NCBI RefSeq assembly: GCF_001194135.2 | Contig: NC_068985.1 | Span: 84,520,194 to 84,575,976 of the forward strand | From: Octopus bimaculoides | Taxonomy: Eukaryota | Direction: 5' to 3' | Length of the DNA stretch: 55,783 bases | Part shown: in pieces, positions 37,307 to 49,855 of the stretch | Numbering within the stretch: the stretch's first letter is position 1 | Layout of the letters: each line of letters starts with the position of its first letter | Translations under genes and position numbers: made by a program | Notes under the pieces: generated by a model | The model's database searches: none | What the model saw: only the letters and a program-made list of their open reading frames with translations | What the model was told of the DNA's origin: nothing

Positions 37307-37940
37307 CATATGCACACATGCATATATAGANNNNNNNNNNNNNNNNNNNNNNNNNNNNNNNNNNNNNNNNNNNNNNNNNNNNNNNNNNNNNNNNNNNNNN
37401 NNNNNNNNNNNNNNNNNNNNNNNNNNNNNNNNNNNNNNNNNNNNNNNNNNNNNNNNNNNNNNNNNNNNNNNNNNNNNNNNNNNNNNNNNNNNNNNNNNNN
37501 NNNNNNNNNNNNNNNNNNNNNNNNNNNNNNNNNNNNNNNNNNNNNNNNNNNNNNNNNNNNNNNNNNNNNNNNNNNNNNNNNNNNNNNNNNNNNNNNNNNN
37601 NNNNNNNNNNNNNNNNNNNNNNNNNNNNNNNNNNNNNNNNNNNNNNNNNNNNNNNNNNNNNNNNNNNNNNNNNNNNNNNNNNNNNNNNNNNNNNNNNNNN
37701 NNNNNNNNNNNNNNNNNNNNNNNNNNNNNNNNNNNNNNNNNNNNNNNNNNNNNNNNNNNNNNNNNNNNNNNNNNNNNNNNNNNNNNNNNNNNNNNNNNNN
37801 NNNNNNNNNNNNNNNNNNNNNNNNNNNNNNNNNNNNNNNNNNNNNNNNNNNNNNNNNNNNGTGTTTATATATATATATATGTTTATATACATATTTGTCT
37901 CCGTATCCATATACACATACATATGTGTGTGTATGTGTGT

Positions 37941-37988
<48 letters not shown>

Positions 37989-38442
37989 GTATACATACAC
38001 ATGTGTGTATTTGTGTGTCTATATATGTGTGTATGAATGTGTATATATGTGTGTGTGTGTATATATGTACACATACATATACACAGATATGTGGCAGGTG
38101 TATGTATAAGCACCATCTCTGAGTTTGAGCAGCCACCCTTGCCACCACATCAACTGTACATAAAGTGCCCTCCCATCACGTTCTTCTTTCCACCCTGCAC
38201 CATACTCTGTATACCTCAGTCTTTATCACTTTTAGTTACTCTTATTATCTTCTATTCAAACTTTACTAACTCTCTCTCACATGCTTTTTCCTTCACCTTC
38301 ACTCTCCCTCTCCCTCACTCACTCTGTCTCTCTCTCTCAAAACTCTTTAATACTGATTTATTAGACTAATTTTCTTGGACATCAACCCTCCTGTCTTCTC
38401 ATCTGCACCATCATTTCCCCAGCACTTGGACTATCTCTCACT

Positions 38443-38483
<41 letters not shown>

Positions 38484-38669
38484 ATAGATAGATAGATAGA
38501 TACATACATACATACATACGTACATAAACAGACATAAATAATATTTGCATTTGTAGATATATATGTATATTGATGTATGTGTCTGTGTGTCAGTGCATGT
38601 GTCATATATCTATATATATCTATATATCTATATCTATGTACATCTGTATATATATATATATATATATAA

Positions 38670-38834
38670 AAAATAAGACGACAAAGGAATAAATTATTAT
38701 CTTATGAACTTCATTTACTTACAGTTGTTTATGCTATAAGATGCAGTGGACTCACAGTTGAGTCTTATAGTAGAAACAGCTGTAAGCTAATGAAGTTCTT
38801 AAAATAATCGTTTATTCCTCTTTTGTCTTATTTT
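38670..38834. repeat. 165-bp imperfect palindrome (foldback/hairpin)
   Basis: Core arms 38706-38741 and 38763-38798 pair at 33/36 (two G-U); arms extend imperfectly to AAAATAAGAC / GTCTTATTTT. Confidence 0.9.
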
Positions 38835-39641
38835 CTTATTACTGCAGTGTAATCAATTAAAGCTTCATTATGAAGCATATGTATACTGAGTTCTACACTA
38901 GGTCATTAGTTTTGCAATGCCTAAGCAAAATATATATACATATATTTATATACATCAATTTAAATACACAACCAAACGAGCTACTAATAGTTTCATGCTT
39001 TTATGATACTCGAGCATATTGCTTTGAGATACATGATGTATTTTATTCATATGCCTGTTCAAGTATCATAAAAGCATGAAACTATTAGTAGCTCTTTTGG
39101 TTGTGTATTGTAAATTGATACTTATTTCTCATTGGTTGGAGTACTTTTTTGTTGATTTTTTTTTTCTGTTGGATCTTTAAACTACACACATACACACACA
39201 CAAACACAAACACACGCACACACACACACACGCACACACACATGCATGCTTTTTGCTTGCTTTTGTTGATTAAATTTTTTGCTTGTGAATAGGATATTGA
39301 TATTGGTGGTGCTTGTGGTGGTTGTACTGTCTCTGGTGTAGTAAGCAGGTTGATGTGATGTTGAAGGTAAAGGTAATTTGGTGTTTGTGGTAGTGTAGTG
39401 GTTGTAAAATGAGATAGGATTCAGCCTGTGGCAGGTTCAGTAGAGCATCACACAAAATGCTGCTAAATATCTGATTACATTTCTTTACATTCTGAGTTCA
39501 AATTATGGCAAGCCAACTTTGCCATTTGTCCTTCAAGAGGACAAACTTTGAGGTTGATTTTTGTGAAGAATTTTCAAAAATTCTTGGATTGAAAATTCTA
39601 CAGAAGGACATTATTATTTTCTAAGCATACGTGTATTATGC

Positions 39642-40005
39642 TTTTTTACTCTCTTTTACTTGTTTCAGTCATTTGACTGCAGCCATGCTGGAGCACCGCT
39701 TTTAGTCGAGCAAATCGACCCCAGGACTTATTCTTTGTGAGCCTAGTACTTATTCTATCATTCTCTTTTGCCGAACCACTAAGTTACAGGGATGTAAACA
39801 CACCAGCATCGGTTGTCAAGCAATGTTGGGGGGACAAACATGGACACACAAATATACACACACACATACATATCCATATATATACATATATACGACGGGC
39901 TTCTTTCAGTTTCTGTCTACCAAATCCATTCACAAGTCTTTGGTCGGCCCGAGGCTATAGTAGAAGACACTTGCCCAAGGTGGGACTGAACCTGGAACCA
40001 TGGTG
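39642..40005 (-). mobile_element. SINE group A, young copy with a small head deletion
   Basis: CpG-rich, colinear with the other group A copies; CCAAGGTG joins directly to GGACTGAACC. Confidence 0.92.
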
Positions 40006-40029
40006 AGATGGAAAAGAATCATTTGAGCA

Positions 40030-40954
40030 TTGGGAGGAAAAAAATACCTTGCAGTAATTCTGTATCTTTACATTCAGAGTTCAAATCCCAGTAAAGTCAA
40101 TTTGCCTTTCATTCTTTTGAGGATCAATGAAATAAAGCACCAGTCAGCTACTGGGATCAGTGATGCTGACTAATCCACTAATCTCTGCAACTCAAAATTT
40201 TGATGTTGTGTCTAATTAGAATTTAGACACAGTGAGCTGGCAGAATCATTGCACTTCAGACTAAATGCATCACAAGATTTCTTGTAACTCATTATATTCT
40301 GAGTTCAAATGCCACTGATGTCATTTATGTCTTCCATCCTGCAGGATCAATAAGAAAGGTAACAGTTGAACACTGGGGTCAATATAATTGATTTACCCCT
40401 GCTCTCAAAATTGCTAGCCTTGTACCAAAATTTGAAACCCTTATTATTATCATTATTATTATTGTTGTTGTTGTTATTATTTATTATTAAGATGGAAAGC
40501 TGGCAGACTCATTAGCATGCTGGGCAAAATGCTTAGCAATATTTCGCCCATCGCTATGTTCTGAGTTCAAATTCCACCAAGGTCGATTTTGCCTTTCATC
40601 CTTTTTGGGTTCAATAAAATAAGTACCAGTTACACACAGGAGTCGATGTAATTGACTTGTTCCCACCTCCCCCAAGCTGCCCTCGTAGTAAAAATTTGAA
40701 ATAATAATAATTATTATTATTATTAAGGCAGCGAGCTGGCAGAATTGTTAGTACATTGGACGACATGTTTAGCCGTATTTCGTCCATCACTATGTTCTGA
40801 GTTCAAATTCCGTCAAGTTCAACTTAGCTTTTCATCCTTTCAGAGTTGATAAAATAAGTATCAGTTGAATCCTGGGGGTTGATATAATCAACTCATCCCC
40901 TCCCCAAAATGGTTGCCCTTGTGGCTAAATTTGAAATGATTATTATTATTATTA
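40030..40954 (+). mobile_element. Head-to-tail array of 4 SINE group B copies
   Basis: Starts near 40030, 40228, 40487 and 40724; the last three end in (TTA)n. Confidence 0.88.
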
Positions 40955-42530
40955 TATGAAAACTCACAGCTTATTTTGCTGGGTATGATGGAAAGTGTCA
41001 GCTGTCCACAGCCAGCAGAGTAAGGTGACATTTGTTTACTGGTCATGCTTCAAGAACGCTGCAAAGAATTCTTGCAGTTTCAAGCAATGCTGATTTTTGT
41101 AGGTGTTCTACCTTCACACTTGCAGTTGAGTACTGATACTTCTAAGTGCACCAATTATTATTGGTATCACATCTATTCTATTTGTTGACCACAACCTTCA
41201 TATTTCCCACTTTCAATTGTTATAGTTGTTTATTTTCCTTCTTTCACGTTGATCCTGTTGTCACCAGGGTATGCTATGCTGATAATCATACATGTTCTTC
41301 CTTTTTTTCACCACAACCATGTCCAGTTTCCTATGTCTGGTCAGGTGATCACACTGGATCATTAGATACCACAGAATTTTGCAATTCTCATTTTCGGTGA
41401 CTCCTTCTGAAGTTTGCTCATGCCTTTGTTCTTTGTAGGCCGTGATTTCCACAGAACTCCCAATGGATCATTCTTGTCACATTGTTATGGCATCTTTTGT
41501 ATTTGCATTGTGCCAATTTCCGGTATTCACTAATGATGTGCCATACCATTTCACTCTTCTCACCACACATTCTACATTTATTGCTATTGGTAATGTTGTC
41601 AGTTCTGCACTTCACATAGTTGATCCTTAATGCTTGTTCCTGAGCTGTGCATATGAGTGCTTCTCTTTCTATCTTTAGGTTACTCCTCCTCATCCATAGC
41701 CACTGGTCCTCTCTATAACCACTTAGCGTTCACATCTCTTGCAAACTAACTGTGCATTTTCTTTTCCTTTCATGCATTTACTGATTTTTTTTTTTTTTCA
41801 TTTCTTGTTTGAATTTTTCTTTAGTTACACAATTTTCAGTTTTGATGACACCGGCCTTCTTCATGTGTTTCAACAGTGGCTCCACGGCATTTTTTATATA
41901 CCACCCTAGGTTATTTTCCTCTGCTTTGATACAGTCTTGGCAACTGATCAAACCTCTTCAATTCTTCTGGACAAGTACAGCCTATTGGTGTTACATTAAG
42001 GGTGGAAGTACTGTCAACATTTTTCTGGTCTTAGTATACATTTTCTTCATTTCTCTCTTTTGCTATTTTATAATTCCCGCTCCAAACCGAAGTGATGCTA
42101 TTGCCCATGTATTAGCTGCTTGGATTTTATTCCATCCAGTCAATTTTGAGTGCAACACCAACCTCAGTCTTCAGAAATACTCCATCCTCAGTTGATCTTT
42201 CATTTCCTTTTCCATTATCTCCTTGCACCAAGGTATTTGTATCCTTCCGTTTCAATTTGCTTAATCAAGTCTCTATTTGGTAATTCTATCCCTGCTAGGG
42301 ACTGTACTTTGCCTCTTTTTAGGCAGATTACTCTGCACTCCTTGAGTCCAAATTCCATTCTACTATCAGTACTAAAACAGTGGACCATGTTCACCAAAGG
42401 ACTCACTTGAATCTCATCTTTGCCAAACAGTTACAAGTCATCCACATAGAGGGGATGGTTGATTGTTTGGCATTTTTCCTTTAGTTGGTATCCCAGGTTC
42501 ATTTTCCCGAATGCCAAGGTCAGGGGTATC
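40955..42530 (-). mobile_element. 5'-truncated R4/Dong-type non-LTR retrotransposon (RT + zinc knuckle + REL endonuclease pseudogene)
   Basis: INH..YVDD (42437-42448), MEFGLKEC, YKYLG, AQEQALRINY, CRMCGEKSEMVWHI, ENENCKILW..KLDMVVV, KSALLETARILCSVLEA* (stop 41043-45); (TAA)n on its sense strand at both ends. Confidence 0.93.
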
Positions 42531-42552
42531 ATTATTATTATTATTATTATTA

Positions 42553-42775
42553 AAGTAGTGAGCTGGCAGAATCATTAGCACACTGGACGAAATGCTTGAC
42601 AGTATTCGCCCATCGCTACATTCTGAGTCCAAATTCTACCGAGGTCAGCTTTGCCTTTCATCCTTTCAGGGTTGATAAATTAAGTACCAGTTGGGTACTG
42701 AGGTTGATGCAATCAACTTATCCCCTCCCCAAAAATCTCAGGCCTTGTGCCTATATCAGAAAGGATTATTATTGT
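42553..42775 (+). mobile_element. SINE group B, full length, with long (TTG)(TTA)n tail
   Basis: GTGAGCTGGCAGAATCATTAGCAC..AGAAAGGATTATT. Confidence 0.92.
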
Positions 42776-42777
42776 TG

Positions 42778-42838
<61 letters not shown>

Positions 42839-43035
42839 CATCACGATTATTCTTCATGTCATGTCACTAACGGTTTATTCTAGTTAATCCAGAGCCATTC
42901 CTTAATTTTGTAGTTCTTTATTCATACTTTTTTTGAATATCTTTTTTAAATACTTTTTCTAGTTCTTTATCCTCATCTCACTCTCTTACATTCTCTCTAA
43001 CACAATCTCTTCCTTTCTCACCCTCTCATTGTCTT

Positions 43036-43073
<38 letters not shown>

Positions 43074-43589
43074 CCCATATCTTTCTTCACCCCCTCCAGC
43101 TCTATCTTTGTTTGTCCCATGTCCCTTTTTTTTTTCTCAATATTTTTTTTGTTGTATGTTATCTTATTTATATCAATTTCTATTTTTACAGAAATCTTAA
43201 TAAGCAGAGAACCAAGTTAAACAACAACAACAAAAACAACAACAAAATCGATCAAAACGCTCAAATATATCAAGCAAACAATTAAATAAATACAATAAAC
43301 GAATAAACAAATCAATAGATAAATAAATAAATAAATAGATAACACAGATAAGTAGATAAATAAATCAACTAATCAATGAATGAATTAACAAATTGTTAAA
43401 TAAATGGAGTGCAGTGAATTGTTAGATGAGCTTTTGTTGTTTTTCTCTTTGTCGTTGTTGTTAAGATATTAACAGTGATGTGTTAAACTGTATTGCAGTG
43501 CATTATATATATGTAACAACATTCCCCCCTCTCTCTCTCTATGTTGGAGTGTCCTCCAAAAAATTCTCTTGTTTGTGACAGGGCTGAAA

Positions 43590-44420
43590 AGCTGTGTGTG
43601 TGAGTAGTGGTGGAGGTGGTGGCAGAAGTGGTTTAGGGTTTGTGGAAGTTGAGGTGTTGGTGGTGGTTGGTTGTACTGGTGGCAGATGATTGCTATGGTG
43701 GTGCTGATGATTAAAGGTAGATGCTATCTTTGCAAAAGTGGTGGGTGCTTCATTTTGGTGATAGGTGGTGGTGGTGGTGGTGGTGGTGGTGCTAGCAGTA
43801 TTAGCCATGGTTATGATGATGGGTGATATTGGTTTTGATGGTGGTGCTGGTCATACTGTTGATAGCAGTGTTGGCTGGTGGTTGTACTTGTGATTGATAA
43901 TGGTGGATGGTTGTGGTGTTAGTTGTGGTGGTGGTGATGGTTGTAGATAGTGGCGAGTGGTGGTGGTGGTGGTGGTGGTGGTGGTAGTGGTAGCAGATTA
44001 TTGTGGTGGTGATGGTTGTGGTGGTAGCGGATGGTGATGGNNNNNNNNNNNNNNNNNNNNNNNNNNNNNNNNNNNNNNNNNNNNNNNNNNNNNNNNNNNN
44101 NNNNNNNNNNNNNNNNNNNNNNNNNNNNNNNNNNNNNNNNNNNNNNNNNNNNNNNNNNNNNNNNNNNNNNNNNNNNNNNNNNNNNNNNNNNNNNNNNNNN
44201 NNNNNNNNNNNNNNNNNNNNNNNNNNNNNNNNNNNNNNNNNNNNNNNNNNNNNNNNNNNNNNNNNNNNNNNNNNNNNNNNNNTTATGGTGGGGGTGGTTG
44301 TGATAGTGGTGGTGGAAGGTGGTGGTGGCGGCAGTGGCGGCAGCATTTGTGGTGGTAGTGGTGGTGGCAGCAGTGATGAGGGGTGGGGGTGGCAGATGGT
44401 GGTGATGGTAATTGTAGTGA
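43590..44420. repeat. (GGT)n-rich low-complexity tract spanning an N gap
   Basis: Degenerate GGT/GAT triplets. Confidence 0.85.
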
Positions 44421-44534
44421 ATGGTGTTTGTTTCCTTTTCCAGCTTTCAGTGTAACCACTCCTTATTCTCCAATCATTATTGTTGCTTCAGTTTATTTAT
44501 TGCATTTGTTGTTGCTGCTATTATTTTTTACAAA

Positions 44535-44790
44535 GGTGTCTAGCAAACAGAATCATTAGTTCTTCAGATGAAATGCAGTTAATCATTTTGTCTCAGCTCT
44601 TCAGACGAAATGCATTTCATCTGCCAATAACATTCTGAGTTCAAATTTCGCCAAGGTCAGCTTTGCCTTCATCCTTTTGGGGTCAATAATATAAATATTT
44701 GTTGAGTTCTGGGGTCGATGTAATCGACTATTCTCCTGCACTAAAATGTCATGTCTTGTTTCTTAGAAGAAAAGATTCTTATTATTATTA
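44535..44790 (+). mobile_element. SINE group B with a small internal duplication
   Basis: TCTTCAGA(T/C)GAAATGCA occurs twice; centre and (TTA)n tail are typical. Confidence 0.8.
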
Positions 44791-45160
44791 TGGCAGGATT
44801 GTCAGGGCATCCAAAAAGAAACAAAGAATGCCTCATAGCATTTTCGATGAGGATTTCTATAAAGTATGGAAGTATTTTAGTCAATGTTTTTCTTTCTAGC
44901 TTTCTTTTATATACACACATATATATATATACATATATACATACATATAATCCTTCACCTTCCTCTTTTAGCCTTCCCCCCCCCAAAAAAAAAATTCAAT
45001 TATTTTTAAATTTTGCATTTTTATACTATTTTTGTCTTTTGTTTTATACATTCATTACTTCTTTCTCTGCTTATGCTTTTTTCCCCTCTGAAGGTCAAGC
45101 ATCCCAAATTTCAAGATGCTCTACACTTATTCCAGCTTCTAGAGCATTAAACTATAACCA

Positions 45161-45604
45161 CAAGCATGGCTGTGTGGTAAGAAGTTTGCTTCCCATCTAC
45201 ACGGCTTCAGGTTCAGTCCCACTGCATGGCACCTTGGGCATGTGTTTCCTACTATAGCTTCAGGCCAACCAAAGCCTTGTGAGTGGATTTGGTAGATGGA
45301 AACTAAAAGAAGCCCATCGTATATATATATATATGTGTGTGTGTGTGCGTGTGTGAGTTTTTGTGTCTTTGTTTGCACCCCCCATCACTACTTGACCACT
45401 GGTGTTGGTGTGTTTGCATCCCCGTAACTTAGCATTTCAGCAAAAGAGACCGAGAAAATAAGTACTAGGCTTTCAAAAAATAAGTCCTGTGGTTGATTTG
45501 TTTGACTAAAACCCTTCAAGATGGTGCTCCAGCATGGCTGCAGTCAAACAACTGAAGCAAGTAAAAGAATAAAGGAATAAGAAGAATAAAAGAATAAAAG
45601 AATA
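45161..45604 (+). mobile_element. SINE group A, full length (reference copy in this window)
   Basis: TGGCTGTGTGG A-box-like, GGTTCAGTCCC B-box-like, CCTTGGGCA block, internal (TA)(TG)n, (AAGAATA)n tail. Confidence 0.92.
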
Positions 45605-45843
45605 TTTATCAAACTTTGTCCCTTCTGCGTTGTTCCTTTTAATGCTTATTGACTGACTGCACACCCTATATGTGTGTATTGGTATGTGTTCGTGTGTGTG
45701 AATAGATTAATAGATAGAAGTGAGAAGATGAGTAAGCATGTATATTGAAGGTTTATGTTTACATGAGTATACTTGTGATCACAAGAATATCTGCATGCAT
45801 GCACATTTGAATACACATATTTGTGTTAACTGCTTGTTAGGCA

Positions 45844-45886
<43 letters not shown>

Positions 45887-46413
45887 NNNNNNNNNNATAT
45901 ATATATATATATATATATATATATCTATATATATATATATAAAGAGTGATGTGCACATGCTTAAATGGGTGTGCAAGGGAGGATGAGGTAGTAATAATAT
46001 TTGAAGTTAAGCTAGGAGTCAATATCAATGGAAGCATATAATAATAGCTAATCAAATTGGATTAGTTGGATGTGACACTGAATTAACAATAGATTAACAC
46101 ATAATGCATGGCAAGTTGTTAGATTGTCATTAGGATAAGGGGAGAAGATGAAGATGAAGATGCTGATATGCAAGATAATATTGTAAGGTTCAGATAGATC
46201 TACATGCATGCAATAGTTGGAAGAGAAACAAGAGACGTGTGTGAGTTCACATCTCTTATTTTCATTTCATTCACAGAAGATGCTGCATCAGGGATGTTAA
46301 CTCTTGTTTAGCTCTTGCATTGTGCACCTAAGTAATGGAAATAATTCCCAAAATCTCGCTTTTGATATACATCTTACTGCCTTGAAAAATAAAGCAAAGG
46401 CAATATTGGATGT

Positions 46414-47340
46414 TGGGCAGAATTCTGGTTTATTAAGTACCCCATATAACCCCTCATAACATTTTTATTTTTGGGAATTTTCAGAAAAGTCCTGCAAATT
46501 TATCTTCTACATACACGAATTCATACGATTATGCAAAAAAAAAAAAAATTGTGTGTGTATGATTTAAGTGGAGGCACAATGGCCCAGTGGTTAGGGTAGC
46601 AGACTCGCGGTCATAGGATCGCGGTTTCGATTCCCAGACCGGGCGTTGTGAGTGTTTATTGAGCGAAAACACCTAAAGGTCCACGAGGCTCCAGCAGGGG
46701 ATGGTGGCGAACCCTGCTGTACTCTTTCACCACAACTTTCTCTCACTCTTACTTCCTGTTTCTGTTGTGCCTGTAATTCAAAGGGCCAGCCTTGTTACAC
46801 TGTGTCACGCTGAATATCCCCAAGAACTACGTTAAGGGTACACGTATGTGTGGAGTGCTCAGCCACTTGCACGTTAATTTCACCAACAGGCTGTTCAGTT
46901 GATCGGATCAACTGGAACCCTCGCTGTCGTAAGTGACAAAGTATGATTTATGGGCAATTTAACTGTTATTTTTAGCACGTCCCATGACCATCTGATACCA
47001 TCCTCATTTCTTTGTCATTCTGATATGTATTGATGTTTCTCAATAGTTTTCTCCCCATAAACACGCTTAATGGAATGGTGATGCACTCAAGAGTGATCTA
47101 TTGCTGGGATTTAAGCAAAAAAATTGAAGTGTCCATATTTCAAACTCTGATTTAAAAGAAAGAAAATTTTAAAAAGAGTGGAAATTTTAGGATTTCTGAA
47201 AAGTGGGGGTGGAGGTCAAAAATTTTTTCAAAAATCTCTTTCATAAAATTTTTCATGAATTTCCATGTTTAAAGATAAATTCACAAAAGTTAAAAAATTT
47301 AAGAGGGGTTATATGGGGTGTTTAAACTAGAACTCCACCA
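46414..47340. mobile_element. Foldback/MITE-like element with long imperfect TIRs
   Basis: Perfect 17-bp IR ACCCCATATAACCCCTC (46439-55) / GAGGGGTTATATGGGGT (47303-19) within ~100-bp imperfect arms. Confidence 0.7.
46568..46938 (+). mobile_element. SINE group C variant nested in the foldback element
   Basis: A box TGGCCCAGTGG (46580-90), B box GGTTTCGATTCCC (46623-35); different centre, tail shared with 34352. Confidence 0.88.
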
Positions 47341-47779
47341 GGTGATGTAATATCCTAGATACCCCTATATAGATAGAATGTTCTTAAATAAAACATCTTT
47401 GATCATAGGTCTAGGCCTGAGTGATTTGAGCAAACAGCAAAAACGCATTGACATATCTCTATCTTTGCCAGTATATCTGACCTATAAATTAAATTCCTTC
47501 CCTACTCTGTGAGCAATGTGAGTTCAAACTCAGCTTAAGTATATAAAAATATGAGACAACATTTGAAGATTATCAGAGGCTTAACCCATGGAAACTTTCT
47601 ATAACAGACTAATACACAAATGAATTTAATTTGAGGGTTGTATACATGAGTATACAATAGATATTTTCCCAAGATGCCATGCTGTGGTATTGAAACCAGG
47701 ACCTCATGAGTGCGAAGCAAATTTCTTAGCTATTCAGCCGTGATTGCAACCATACATACGCACACATACATACTCACAT

Positions 47780-48800
47780 TCACACACACATATTCACACT
47801 CATACTCACATTTATACTTATACACACATACACACTCACACACACAAACTTCTGCATGTTAGCACAGATGGACACACTCTATAAACACACACATTCTACA
47901 CATTCACACACACTCACCCACACACACTCACCCACACACACACACACACTGACACACACACACACATTCACTGTCTCACACACATTCACACTCACACACA
48001 TTCACACTCATACACATACACACCCATACACACATACACGCATAATTCACACCCATACACACATATACTTCTACACATTAGCACAAACACATGCAATAAA
48101 CACACATTGTACACATGCACACACACATGCATGCACACACACACACACACACACATGCATGCACACACACACACACACACACACACATGCATGCACACAC
48201 ACACGTATACTTCTACACTTTAGCACAGACAGACACACAATAAACACACATTCACACACACATATACTTCTTCATGACAGCACAGACAAACACGCACAAT
48301 AAACACATGCACACACACATATATTTCTATGCATTAGCACAGACACGCAATAAACGCACATTCTACACATGCAGACACAGACACACATACCATAAATACA
48401 CATGTACACACAAACACACACATACACATACATCTACACATTAGCACAGACAGACACACAATAAACACACATTCTACACATGCTCATACACACACACCTC
48501 ACACCACACACATATACTTCTACACTTTAGAACAGACAGACACACAATAAACACACATACACACACACTCACAAACTCACACACACATACACACATATAC
48601 TTCTATGCATTAGCACATACAGACACACACAATAAATACACATTCTACACATGCACACGCATACTTCACACACACACACATATATACTTCTACACTTTAG
48701 CACTTTAGCACATACAGACACACACAATAAACACACATTCTACACACACACGCACACACACTCGCACACACACACGCACATGCACACACTAACACACATG
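47780..48800. repeat. (CA)-derived complex minisatellite
   Basis: About 9 copies of ATACTTCTACACNTTAGCACAGACAGACACACAATAAACACACATTCTAC with variable (CA)n spacers. Confidence 0.88.
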
Positions 48801-49164
48801 CACACATACATATGCATATGCCCCCTCATCTCCAACAAAGAGTTCCTGGTTGACAGTGTTACTTATTTCCCTCCTTCCCCGTTGCACCATAGCAAAACTT
48901 TTGAAACAATTAGTAAGGTACAAAGACTACATTTCCCCTCAGCTACTCACCATTGACACACTATTTCCTTTCTTCTTTTCTCTGTTTTTATCATTTGTCT
49001 TTCTTTCTTTCTTTCTTTTTTTTTTTTGCATGTCTATTTGTCTCCATGCTCACTTTGATTGTTGCACATGAAGAATAAAGATCAATTAGGTAGAAGATTA
49101 ATTTCTTCACCTTGATGTATTGCTCATTAATGACAGAAGCAGCAACAGCAATGAACATAATAAT

Positions 49165-49388
49165 AATAATAATAATTCTTTCTTCTATAGGCACAAGGCC
49201 TGAAATTATGGGGGAGGGAGCTAGTCGATTGCATCGTCCCCAGTGCTCCACTGGTACTCATTTTATTGACCCCCAGAAGGATGAAAGGTAAAGTCAACCT
49301 CAGCGGAATTTGAACTCCGAATGTAAGGATGGACGAAATGCCACCATGCATTTCACCCAGTGTCCTAACGATCCTGCCAGCTCAGCCC
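49165..49388 (-). mobile_element. SINE group B, full length
   Basis: (AAT)n-CTTTCTTCTATAGGCACAAGGCC...CCTGCCAGCTC. Confidence 0.9.
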
Positions 49389-49439
49389 ATAAACATATTT
49401 CTCCTTATGCATTTTGAGTATTAAAAAGTGTAGCAGATT

Positions 49440-49832
49440 CAGAATATTTTTCTGAGAATATGCACTTTCAAGTCTTTTTCAAAATTGCTGCCGTTTGAAG
49501 CAAAATGTTCAGCAAGTTCTGTCGAACTACTGTTATTGTGCCTGACATCGTATCTGTGCTATTAAATTTTTTGTTTAGTTCTGTTGTACAACCAACATAA
49601 ATCAAGTTGTGTTTCATGCATTCTACTGTGTACACCAAATGGGAATCTCTACATACCCCCACCTTCTGTATAAATCATAACCTTTCTGTTGATTCCTGAT
49701 GGAATTCACTTGACTCATGTTGTTGCACAATGAACAGGGCTTACCTCTCTTGTGACTGTTTGTCAAGCTACAGCATGCAGATACTCCAATGTTAGTTTTC
49801 TTGGAGTCAGAAATAAAGGTCAATAGTTCTCT
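49440..49832 (-). mobile_element. Penelope-like element GIY-YIG endonuclease fragment (pseudogene)
   Basis: With two frameshifts: RGKPCSLC..., CRDSHLVYTVECMKHNLIYVGCTTELNKKFNS-HRYDVRH..TELAEHFASN..FEKDLKVHIL (CxxC linker, VY...YVG, R.H motif). Confidence 0.85.
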
Positions 49833-49855
49833 TATATAATAATAATAATAATAAA

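Noticed and set aside
38770-38800. GAAACAGCTGTA..CTAATGA as a permuted hammerhead
   Set aside because: Only 2 nt between the putative cleavage site and the core, so stem I cannot form; the core is also mutated.
46251-46335. Strong-looking acceptor (TTCATTTCATTCACAG)
   Set aside because: Stops in all three frames within 60 nt and only a weak donor.
46568-46640. tRNA gene calls for A/B-box sequences (also 33563, 34352 and the minus-strand B box near 27305-27320)
   Set aside because: I could not fold full cloverleaves, and the intact heads continue into SINE bodies; they are SINE heads.
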